Of a stretch of DNA of 64,000 nt, positions 9,559 through 18,095 are shown in pieces. This DNA is from an uncultured Actinomycetes bacterium (GTDB taxonomy: Bacteria; Actinomycetota; Thermoleophilia; Gaiellales; JAICJC01). Position 1 is the first letter of the stretch. Every line of letters begins with the position of its first letter. The DNA is taken from positions 3,692,392 to 3,756,391 of the forward strand of contig OY969804.1 of NCBI GenBank assembly GCA_963703275.1, in the 5' to 3' direction. Made by a program: the position numbers and the translations under genes. Below the pieces are notes generated by a model. It was given only the letters and a program-made list of their open reading frames with translations, was not told the DNA's origin and did no database searches.

Positions 9559-9577
9559 GGTGCTTGCCGCAAGCCCC
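9559..9577 (-). promoter_or_regulatory. RAE-like 19-bp inverted repeat (coding-strand GGGGCTTGCGGCAAGCACC)
   Basis: 8 of 9 arm positions pair around a central base. The repeat lies 27..45 nt upstream of the rph ATG. Confidence 0.6.
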
Positions 9578-9709
9578 GGGTGGGCACACGTTGTTCGGGC
9601 GGTCGTCGGCGTCCCGAGCCTCTTCCAAGCGGCCTCGGTCATTCGCGGCTGTCTGGTGTGAGGCCGAGGTCCGAGGTCGTGGGTGACCCGACCACGCGCC
9701 CCCGGAGCG

Positions 9710-10253
9710 GGAGAAGCGGAGGAGCTCGACGATGGTTGAGCTGGTCTGGCTGTCGAGGTTGCCGGCGGGCTCGTCGGCGAGGATGATCGACGGGTTGTTG
9801 GCGAGGGCTCGGGCATGCGAGAAGCCTGTTCTCCTCGAGCTCAATCTCCTTCGCGGTTGTCGCGCAGCTCGCCTGTTCAGCATGCCGCCCGGCCCTGCGG
9901 TCGCTCGTAGATGCCGATGAACTCCATCGGGAGCATGACGTTCTCGGTGGACGTGAGGTTCGGGACGAGGTTATAGCTCTGGAAGACGAAGCCGACCTGC
10001 CGCGCGCGGTAGTGGACGAGTTCGCTCGGGCTGAGTCGCGTTATGTCCTGGCCGTCCACGAGAGATCATGCCGCTGGTCGGTTGCTCGAGCGCGCCGAGC
10101 AGGCTCATGAGCGTGGTCTTGCCGCTACCGCTGCGGCCGATGATCGCGATGAACTCGCCGTCGGCGACGGTCATCGTCACGCCCGTAGGTCACGGCCGAC
10201 GACGGCCCGATTCCAGAGAGGAACGATTGCGTCAGGTCCTTGGTCTCGAGCAC
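9710..10253 (-). pseudogene. MacB/LolD-type ABC ATPase, frameshifted and 3'-truncated
   Basis: Pieces lie in three frames. First: GTG-VLETKDLTQSF. Second: Walker [10 protein letters not shown]. Third: VDGQDITRL...FVFQSYNL. Last: ARALANNPSIILADEP, with the signature motif degraded to LSSRR. Homology stops at ...IVELLRF. Confidence 0.75.
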
Positions 10254-10255
10254 GG

Positions 10256-11622
10256 TCAGTCGCTCCGGAGGACTTCGGCGGGCCGGATCCTGCCGATCAT
10301 CCAGGTCGATGCCGCGCTGGCGAGGACCGCGATGACGAGCGCGGCGGCGAGGCCGCTCGAGGACCACCGCCGATCCGACCTGTGCGTTGATGTCATTCAG
10401 ATGGCTGAGGAACGGGTTCGGCGCGCCGAACAGGCCGCGGGCACCGGTCGCTGACGACACCCCACTGTGCGAAACGAGCGCCGAGGTGACCGGGCTTGCG
10501 GCGATGAGGCCGGCCAGGAGGCCCACGCCCAAGCGGAGCAGCGTGAAGGTCGCCGCTTCGACGTGGATTGCGCCATGATCCGGCCGTTCGAGGCCCCGAT
10601 CGCCTTCAGGATCCCGATCTCGCGTTTGCGCTCCCGCACGATCAGCACCATGACCAGGAGGAGGATCACGGCAGCGGCCCCGACGGCTCCGGCGAGGCTG
10701 TAGAGCGCGATCCTCTTGACGCCGTCGAGGTCGCCCACTGCCTATCGGCGTCGGCGACGTGCTCACCACGCTCGCCCGGGCCGAGTGTCGCTCGATCGCC
10801 GAGGTCACCGCGGAGAGCGGTGAGCGAGGCGGCGGTGATGGTGGCCGAGAAGACCTGGCCGGTGGGAGCCTCGAGACGCTCGAGCACCGGCAACGAGGTG
10901 ATGACCGAGTCATTGCCCTGCTGCGTGTCGCTCTCGAAGATCGCCGCGACGGTGAGCGTCTTGCCGTAGGCGGTGAACATCGAACCGACCTTCAGCCCGT
11001 TCTTGCGCGCCATGGTCGTGCTGACCATGGCGACGTTGGCCGAGGCGGTGCCCGAGATCGCGTGGCCGCTCACGACCTTGAGCGCCGAGGCGCCGATGTT
11101 CACCGGGTTCGTCGGCTTCGTAGATCCGGTGAAGTACACGGTCAGGTAGCTGATCGGCGGCGTGCAGGGCTTCGGCGCACAGGCGAGACCCGCCCCGGCG
11201 GCAGCCAGGCTTTCGGGGGACTTGAGGCTCGTCGAAGCGAGCGGCTTGTCGTGCTTGCATCCGCCGGCGCGGGCACATTTGCCGGCGCCACTGAGCCAGG
11301 CGCGACGCCCGACTGCGACGAGTCAGGGCCTTCGCGACGACGTCAGGCTCTTAAGCCCGTGACCCCCGGCAGGTGCGCGATCCGGGCCATTCCGGCGATC
11401 GTGAGGACTGCCGAGCCGCCCACCGGCGGCGTAGCCGGGCGGGCCGATGTTGACGGTATTGCCGACCGAGCTGAGCGTCGTCGCGACCTTGTCGCTGACC
11501 GAGCGATGCGCGACCAGCATCACGAAGGCAAGGCCGATCGCCAGCCCCAGGATCAGCACGATCGCGATCGCGCGGGTCGCGTTGCGAAACGCGTTTCGCA
11601 TCCCCCGCGGGACGACCGTCAC
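10256..11622 (-). pseudogene. FtsX/MacB-type ABC permease, multiply frameshifted
   Basis: N-terminal TM (AIAIVLILGLAIGLAFVML), periplasmic-domain piece (GKTLTVAAIFESD), KREIGILKAIGASN and C-terminus ...IRPAEVLRSD. All lie in different frames. Confidence 0.7.
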
Positions 11623-11723
11623 GAGCCGGCCCCCGCGGTGGAATCGCGCTCGGAGCGGGAACGAGATGGCACGCTCCGACGGGCCCTCGAGCGACCGCGA
11701 CCTCCAGGGCGCCGTAGACCGCG

Positions 11724-12137
11724 CTATGGGACCGGCGGCGGCCGGTCGGGCGATGACGAGCGTTTCGTCAGGTGGGACCGCCGCCGATCGTGAACCGGGC
11801 GGAATGGTTCGTCCTCAGAACGGACGAACCGACCGCGACACCGACATGCGTACGCGCAGGCTGGAACCAGCCGAGAGGGCACGTCTTGCCGGGCGGGACT
11901 TTCGGCGGCGGCGAAGGCGAGGAGCGCCCACCACCGTCGACCGATCATCAGCACGACGCCGATGAGGGCGAGCGTCAGTGCCCGCCCGAGCCCTCGTCCG
12001 AGCGCGTTGAAGCCGAGCGCCAGCCGGTGCCCGGCCTCGACCTGGAGATCGCGCATCCATTCCGACCAGATCCGGTCGATCGAGAGTGGCCCCGTCGGGA
12101 TGAGCAGGCCGACGACGACGACGAGGAGAACGAGCAC
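11724..12137 (-). CDS. hypothetical membrane protein, possibly a truncated remnant (PAP2-like N-terminus)
   Basis: The first ~70 aa look like TM protein. The remainder is Arg/Cys-rich and looks out of frame. Weak call. Confidence 0.3.
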   Translation of the reverse strand: MLVLLVVVVGLLIPTGPLSIDRIWSEWMRDLQVEAGHRLALGFNALGRGLGRALTLALIGVVLMIGRRWWALLAFAAAESPARQDVPSRLVPACAYACRCRGRFVRSEDEPFRPVHDRRRSHLTKRSSSPDRPPPVP

Positions 12138-12208
12138 CGCGCCGGCCAGGAGCGCCGGCTTCGGCCGTCGGACGAACTGGTCGCCGGCCGCGGCCGGCCG
12201 CAGACGGC

Positions 12209-12643
12209 TCAGGCGTACTCCGGCAGCAGCTGCGGATCGACGTAGGGCAGGCCGAACACGTCCTCGGCTGACGTGACCGGAATCATCAGCACGTACAGGT
12301 CGGCCAGCAGGCGGACCGGCCGCCGCATCAGGACGAGCTCCTCGCCGATCTGGCCGATCTCGCTGTCGAGACCGGGGGCGTCGGTGTCATCCTCCACGTC
12401 ATCGAGCGCGCCGCTCATCCGGGTCAGGGTGATGCCGTGGCGCCTCCCCCGGTCAGGCAGCGTCGCGACCAGGTCCCGCTGAGCGGCCGTGAGTGGCGTC
12501 CGGTGGCGGTGGTGGTTTCGGATCTCGCCCAGGTGCTCCTCGATCGCCTTGTACTCCGTCAGCGCGTCGGTATAGGCGCGCACGCACTCGCGGCGCAGCA
12601 GACGGAGCGTGGTGAGCGGCGAGGAGCCGGCCTCCGGGCTCAT
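12209..12643 (-). CDS. hypothetical protein
   Basis: 144-aa GC3-rich ORF downstream of the response regulator on the same strand. No recognisable motif. Confidence 0.55.
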   Translation of the reverse strand: MSPEAGSSPLTTLRLLRRECVRAYTDALTEYKAIEEHLGEIRNHHRHRTPLTAAQRDLVATLPDRGRRHGITLTRMSGALDDVEDDTDAPGLDSEIGQIGEELVLMRRPVRLLADLYVLMIPVTSAEDVFGLPYVDPQLLPEYA

Positions 12644-12731
12644 GTGGTCACCGTATCAGGCCTGCTCGGCCCGAAAGCCGCAATCGCAGCGAGCGGCTGA
12701 CGTCGACGCCGAGCGCAGCGGGCGTGGCGGG

Positions 12732-13415
12732 TCAGGGCCGTCCGTGGGGGATGACGAGGCCGGTTTCGTACGCCGCGACCACCGCTTGCGTCCGGTCGCG
12801 CAGGCCGAGCTTCCGCAGAACACGGCTGACGTGGGTCTTCACGGTTTCCTCGGTGACCACCAGCCTGGCGGCAATCTCGGGGTTTGAGAGGCCCTCGGCG
12901 AGGAGCCGCAGCACCTCGGTCTCGCGCGGCGTCAGCTCGTCGAGCTGGGGGATGCTCGCGGCGGCCGATCGAGGGCGGTTGCGGGCGAATTCACTGATGA
13001 GCCGGCGAGTCACGTTGGGAGCGAGGAGCGCGTCTCCGGCGGCGACGACGCGGACGGCGTCGAAGAGGCGTTCGGCGGTGACGTCCTTGAGCAGGAACCC
13101 ACTCGCGCCCGCACGCAGGGCGTCATAGACGTAGTCGTCCAGGTCGAAGGTGGTGAGAATCAGGACGCGCGGCGCGCGGGAGTCGGCGGCGAGCCGCTTG
13201 GTGGCCTCGATGCCGTCCGTCCCGGGCATGCGGACGTCCATGAGGATGACGTCGGGATGCAGGCGGCGGCAGATCCGCACCGCCTGGTCGCCGTCGGACG
13301 CCGTGCCGACCACGGTGAAGTCGGCCTGGCTCGAGAGCAGCGCGGCGAAGCCCTCCCGCACGACCTGCTGGTCGTCGGCGACGACGATTCGCACCGCGGC
13401 GGGAGTCGCGGTCAT
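12732..13415 (-). CDS. NarL/LuxR-family two-component response regulator
   Basis: Receiver domain VVADDQ...[15 protein letters not shown]-terminal [25 protein letters not shown]. Confidence 0.9.
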   Translation of the reverse strand: MTATPAAVRIVVADDQQVVREGFAALLSSQADFTVVGTASDGDQAVRICRRLHPDVILMDVRMPGTDGIEATKRLAADSRAPRVLILTTFDLDDYVYDALRAGASGFLLKDVTAERLFDAVRVVAAGDALLAPNVTRRLISEFARNRPRSAAASIPQLDELTPRETEVLRLLAEGLSNPEIAARLVVTEETVKTHVSRVLRKLGLRDRTQAVVAAYETGLVIPHGRP

Positions 13416-14716
13416 GGACGCGCCTCGGGGCTCTGCGGCAGCGTGACCTCGACCAGGAAGCCGCCGCCCCTCGCCGGGCCGGTGCGCAGCCGCCCGCCCA
13501 CCGCCGCCGCGCGTTCCCGCATCCCGGGCATGCCGTGGCCGCCGGCCGGGGTGGTCGTCGGCTCCGGCCCGGGGCCGTCGTCGCGGATCCGCAGCCGCAG
13601 CGCGTCGTCGGTGTAGCGGAGCTCGACGTCGACCGCCGCGCCGGCGGCGTGGCGGCGCGCGTTGGTGAGCGCCTCCTGGGTGATGCGGTACGCCGCCAGT
13701 TCCACCGTCGGGTCGAGCCGGATCGGCGTGCCGCTGACGATGAGGCGCGTACCGGTCGCGGATGTCTCTCGGGCCTCGTCGAGGAGTGCGTTCAGCTGGC
13801 TGAGGTCGGGTTGCGGCCGCCGGTCTGCGGGCTCGCCCTCGGCGTCCTCGCGCAGGACGCCGAGCAGCCTTCGCATCTCGCTGAGGGCCGTGCGGGCGGT
13901 GTCGCCGATCGCCGACAGTTGTCTGGCACCGGCATCGGGCAGCCCGGGGGTGGTCAGCCGGGCCGTCTCCGCCTGCACCGCGACGATGGAGATGTGGTGC
14001 GCGACGATGTCGTGCAGCTCGCGGGCGATTCGCGCCCGCTCACCGCGCGCGCTGTGCTCGACGAGGCTGCCGGCGATGACCTGGCGGGCCGCGCTCTGTG
14101 CCCTCGCCTCGGCCTGTGCCCGCCGGGCCACGCCCGCCCCGGCGGCCGCAAGCGAGAGCGCGGCGAGGACGACGGTCAGGGCGGCCGCCTCGGACGCGGC
14201 GGGACGCGGGCCGGCCAGCGCGAGCGCCGTGAACGGCAGCGCCAGCGCCACGGCCGCACGCTGCGTCCCCGGTCCAGGCGCGCCGATGCGGCCCAGCCGG
14301 TAGAGGACGATCAGCTCTGCAGCGACGCCGGCGACGGTGATGGTGTGGAAGAACGCGAGCGAGATCACGCACGCAGCCGTCACCGCGACGGCCGCCCCCG
14401 CGGGCGGCAGCAGCGCAAGCGGCAGCGTGGTCGCCAGCGCGAGCACGCCCAGCACCAGACCGACCTGCCCGCTCACGCCGATGAGGGCGGCCCTGGCGAT
14501 GGCCTCGGCGACCGCCAGCACCCCGAGCACCACCCCCATGGTTGCGGGCCATTGGTGCGCCGCGGCGACCCGCTGCCCGGTAACCCAGCTGCTGCGCCAG
14601 TTGATCTCGTGGCTCACAACCGGATTCTTGCCGCTCGGCCGGCCCCGCGGCGTCCCTGCCGCCAGCGATACCGGCATCCCTCGCGTGAGCGACAGGCGCC
14701 GGCCCATCCCGCCCAC
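13412..14716 (-). CDS. HisKA_3-type sensor histidine kinase
   Basis: Multi-TM N-terminus. H-box [13 protein letters not shown]. ATPase part [12 protein letters not shown]. The stop overlaps the RR start. Own start is uncertain. Confidence 0.85.
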   Translation of the reverse strand: MGGMGRRLSLTRGMPVSLAAGTPRGRPSGKNPVVSHEINWRSSWVTGQRVAAAHQWPATMGVVLGVLAVAEAIARAALIGVSGQVGLVLGVLALATTLPLALLPPAGAAVAVTAACVISLAFFHTITVAGVAAELIVLYRLGRIGAPGPGTQRAAVALALPFTALALAGPRPAASEAAALTVVLAALSLAAAGAGVARRAQAEARAQSAARQVIAGSLVEHSARGERARIARELHDIVAHHISIVAVQAETARLTTPGLPDAGARQLSAIGDTARTALSEMRRLLGVLREDAEGEPADRRPQPDLSQLNALLDEARETSATGTRLIVSGTPIRLDPTVELAAYRITQEALTNARRHAAGAAVDVELRYTDDALRLRIRDDGPGPEPTTTPAGGHGMPGMRERAAAVGGRLRTGPARGGGFLVEVTLPQSPEARP

Positions 14717-14781
14717 GAGTGACAGCCAGGATCACTCGCCAGCACGACGACGGCGGGGCGTGCGCACCGTACCGTGTAGCC

Positions 14782-15714
14782 ATGGAAGCCACCATCGAGG
14801 TCACCGGCCTGCGCAAGCGCTTCGGCCAGACCGTTGCGCTCGACGGGCTGTCGTTCACGGTCTCCCCCGGAGACGTCACCGGCTTCGTCGGCCCCAACGG
14901 CGCCGGCAAGTCGACCACGATGCGGGTGATCGTGGGCCTCGATGCCGTCGACGAGGGCAGCGCGCTGATCGGCGGACAGCCATACGCGAGCCTGCGGCGC
15001 CCGCTCACCCATGTCGGCTCGCTGCTGGATGCCGGGGCACTGCACCCCGGGCGCAGCGCGCGCTCCCACCTGCTGTGGATGGCTCATTCGCAAGGACTCA
15101 CCGGCCGGCGGGTCGACGAGGTGCTCGAGCAGGCGGGCCTGGCGGGGGTGGCCCGGCGCAAGGCGGGCGGCTACTCCCTGGGCATGCGCCAGCGGCTGGG
15201 CGTCGCCGCGGCGATGCTCGGCGACCCCCCGATCGTGATGCTCGACGAGCCGTTCAACGGCCTCGATCCCGAGGGCATCGTCTGGATGCGCGGCTTCCTC
15301 CGCTCCCTCGCCGCCGAGGGCCGGGCCGTGTTCGTCTCGAGCCACCTGATGAGCGAGGTCCAGGACACGGCCACCCATCTGGTCGTGATCGGGCGCGGCC
15401 GCGTGGTCGCGGACACGAGCGTCACCGACCTGATCGACGCCGCATCCGCCGGCCGGGTCGCGCTGCGGACGACGGCGCGGGAGCAGGCGACGGAGGTGCT
15501 CGCCGGCGAGGGCGCGACGGTCGCCGTCACCGGGATCGACACGCTCACCGTCTCCGGCCTCGCGTCGGAGCGGGTCGTGGCGCTGCTGGCCGCGGCGGGC
15601 GTGCCGTTCGCCGAGGTGTCGACACACCGGGCGACGCTCGAGGAGGCCTATATGGAACTGACCAGGGAGTCGGTCGAGTTCCGGGCGACGACGCCCGAGG
15701 AGCGCACGCCGTGA
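14782..15714 (+). CDS. ABC transporter ATP-binding protein
   Basis: Walker A GPNGAGKST, signature YSLGMRQR, Walker B VMLDEP. Internal ATG (MEATIEV) chosen as start. Confidence 0.9.
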   Translation: MEATIEVTGLRKRFGQTVALDGLSFTVSPGDVTGFVGPNGAGKSTTMRVIVGLDAVDEGSALIGGQPYASLRRPLTHVGSLLDAGALHPGRSARSHLLWMAHSQGLTGRRVDEVLEQAGLAGVARRKAGGYSLGMRQRLGVAAAMLGDPPIVMLDEPFNGLDPEGIVWMRGFLRSLAAEGRAVFVSSHLMSEVQDTATHLVVIGRGRVVADTSVTDLIDAASAGRVALRTTAREQATEVLAGEGATVAVTGIDTLTVSGLASERVVALLAAAGVPFAEVSTHRATLEEAYMELTRESVEFRATTPEERTP

Positions 15715-17309
15715 GCGCTGTCCAGGCTCCCTACCGCTCGCCCCAACCGGCCGGCCGGGACGGATTCCTGCAGGTGCTGCACGCCGAGTGGACGAAGTTC
15801 CGGACGGTGCGCGGCTGGGTGATCGGAACCGGAGTCGGCGCGCTCGTCATCGTCCTCATGGCGATGCTCACCGGTGGCCTGAGTCACAGCGAGGTGTGCA
15901 TTGGCACGAGCGCCGGCGGCCCGCCGAAATGTCACGCCGTGCACCCTCGGATCCCGATCGGGCCGAGCGGTGTGCCCGTGACCGACCAGTACTACCTCGT
16001 CCACCGGCCGCTGCAGGGCAACGGCAGCATCACCGTCCGCGTCACGTCGTTGACCGGCCGGTATGTGGGTGCAGGGCCCAGCTCCGAACCCGTGGGGGTC
16101 GGCCCCGAGGCGGGCATGACCAGGGGTGTCCAGCCGTGGTCGAAGGCGGGTGTGATCGTCACCTCGGGCACGGCCCAGGGCGCACCGTACGCCGCGGTCA
16201 TGGTCACCGGCACCCACGGCGTGCGCATGCAATACGACTACACCCACGACACCGGAGGCATCCCCGGCAGCGTCTCCGCGACGTCCCCGCGTTGGCTGCG
16301 GCTGACCCGTGCAGGCGACACGATCACCGGGTACGACTCGACGGACGGCAGCCACTGGACGACGGTCGGCACCGCCCACCTGGCCGGTCTGCCCGCCACC
16401 GTGCAGGTCGGCATGTTCGCCACCTCTCCGGATCACCTGGTGGATGTGCAGCACCTGATCGGGCCCGGAGGCCCGAGCCTCGCGGCCGGCGTCTTCGACC
16501 ACGTCAACCTCCGCAGCGCGGCGTCCGGCGCCTGGATCGGCACCCCGGTCGGTGCCGGTGGCCTGCCCGGCGTCGGGCTTCACCGCAGCGGCGACACGTT
16601 CACCGTCGCGGGCTCCGGCGACATAGCCCCAGCCGTCGTCGGCGGTGTCACCGACCCCGGCCGCGGCATCGAGCGCACCCTGATCGGCGCGTTCATCGGG
16701 CTGATCGTGCTGGCGGTCGTGGCCGCCCTCTTCATCACCGGCGAGTACCGGCGCGGCCTCATCCGCAGCACCTTCGCCGCCAGCCCGCGCCGCGGTCGCG
16801 TGCTTGCGGCCAAGGCCGTCGTGATCGGCGCCGTCATGTTCGTGGCCGGGCTGGTCGGTGCGGGCATCGCGCTCCCGCTCGGCGAGCACGTACTACGTGA
16901 AAACGGCAACGCCATCTACCCGGCGAGCACCGGCACCGAACTGCGGGCGGTTATCGGGACTGCGGCGCTGCTCGCCGTCGCAGCGGTGCTCACCCTCGCC
17001 CTGGGCACGATCCTGCGCCGAAGCGCCCTCGCGGTGACGGCGGTCATCGTGCTGATCGTGCTGCCGTACATCCTGGCGGTCGCGTCCGTGCTGCCGCCCG
17101 ACCCGGCGGAATGGCTCCTGCGTGTCACCCCGGCCGCCGCCTTCGCCGTCCAGCAGACGCTTCCCCGGTATCCGCAGGTCGCTGCCGCCTACGCCCCCAT
17201 GGACGGCTACTTCCCGCTGGCGCCGTGGGCCGGCTTTGCGGTGCTCTGCGGCTACACCGCGTGCGCCCTCGGGCTGGCCACCTACCTCGTGCGCCGGCGT
17301 GACGTGTGA
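15711..17309 (+). CDS. ABC-2 permease with a ~300-aa extracytoplasmic beta-rich insertion after TM1
   Basis: GTGA overlap with the ATPase stop. N-terminus LHAEWTKFRTVRGW is paralogous to the next permease. The insertion shows a lectin/jelly-roll-like pattern (GNGSITVRVTS...RWLRLTRAGDTITGYDSTDGSHWTTVG). Confidence 0.8.
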   Translation: MSAVQAPYRSPQPAGRDGFLQVLHAEWTKFRTVRGWVIGTGVGALVIVLMAMLTGGLSHSEVCIGTSAGGPPKCHAVHPRIPIGPSGVPVTDQYYLVHRPLQGNGSITVRVTSLTGRYVGAGPSSEPVGVGPEAGMTRGVQPWSKAGVIVTSGTAQGAPYAAVMVTGTHGVRMQYDYTHDTGGIPGSVSATSPRWLRLTRAGDTITGYDSTDGSHWTTVGTAHLAGLPATVQVGMFATSPDHLVDVQHLIGPGGPSLAAGVFDHVNLRSAASGAWIGTPVGAGGLPGVGLHRSGDTFTVAGSGDIAPAVVGGVTDPGRGIERTLIGAFIGLIVLAVVAALFITGEYRRGLIRSTFAASPRRGRVLAAKAVVIGAVMFVAGLVGAGIALPLGEHVLRENGNAIYPASTGTELRAVIGTAALLAVAAVLTLALGTILRRSALAVTAVIVLIVLPYILAVASVLPPDPAEWLLRVTPAAAFAVQQTLPRYPQVAAAYAPMDGYFPLAPWAGFAVLCGYTACALGLATYLVRRRDV

Positions 17310-18082
17310 GCCTCGCCCTGCACGCCGAGTGGACGAAGCTGCGCACCCTTTCGGCGACCGCCTGGCTGCTGCTCGCGACGGTCGTGCTCACCGCCGCTCT
17401 CGGCGCTGCGTCCGACTCGACAGTCGCCTATACGGCGCTCGGCCCCGCCCAGGACACGACCAAGGACAGCCTGACGGGTGTTGTCCTGGGCCAGGCGGTC
17501 GTCGCCGCGCTGGCGGTGCTGGCGGTTGGCGGTGAGTACAGCACCGGCATGATCCAGACCACCCTCACCGCCGTCCCCCGCCGCTGCACGATGCTGGGTG
17601 CGAAGGCGGCCGTCCTGCTCGCCGCGGTGGTCCCGGCCGCGGCGGTCGGGGTGCTCTGCTCGCTGCTCGCCGGACGGCTGATCCTGCCGGGAAGCGGATT
17701 CACGACCGCGCACGGCTACGCACCGCTCTCGCTTGCCGACGGCTCGACGCTGCGGGCCGCGGCCGGCTCGGTCATCTATCTCGCCCTGATCGCGCTCCTG
17801 GGCCTCGGCGTCGGGGCCGCGGTGCGCGACTCGGCCACTGCGATCGGGATCGTCCTCGGCCTCCTCTACATCTTCCCGATCGTGGCCCAGACCGTCACCG
17901 ACCCGACCTGGCAGCGACATCTTCACGAGTTCGCGCCGATGACCGCCGGGCTCTACATCCAGGCCACCATCGGCGTCCACAGCCTGCCTATCACCCCGTG
18001 GCAGGGTCTCGGCGTGCTCGCAGGCTGGGCCGCGGCGGCGCTCCTCGCCGGCGGCGTCCTGCTGCAGGCGCGGGACGCCTGA
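17306..18082 (+). CDS. ABC-2 permease
   Basis: GTGA overlap. LHAEWTKLRTL start motif. About 6 TM segments. Confidence 0.85.
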   Translation: MSLALHAEWTKLRTLSATAWLLLATVVLTAALGAASDSTVAYTALGPAQDTTKDSLTGVVLGQAVVAALAVLAVGGEYSTGMIQTTLTAVPRRCTMLGAKAAVLLAAVVPAAAVGVLCSLLAGRLILPGSGFTTAHGYAPLSLADGSTLRAAAGSVIYLALIALLGLGVGAAVRDSATAIGIVLGLLYIFPIVAQTVTDPTWQRHLHEFAPMTAGLYIQATIGVHSLPITPWQGLGVLAGWAAAALLAGGVLLQARDA

Positions 18083-18095
18083 CCGCACCGTGCCG

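Noticed and set aside
9533-9883. N-terminal 117 codons of the 959-aa ORF as part of rph
   Set aside because: This stretch contains a Walker-B fragment of the decayed ABC ATPase (ARALANNPSIILADEP) followed by junk. The RAE-like repeat lies inside it, and the ATP-grasp domain begins at the internal ATG 9532.
14337-17309. 990-aa ORF
   Set aside because: The first ~458 codons overlap the HK gene (antisense) and the ABC ATPase (other frame) and translate to low-complexity Arg/Pro/Gly sequence. The real permease begins at GTG 15711.
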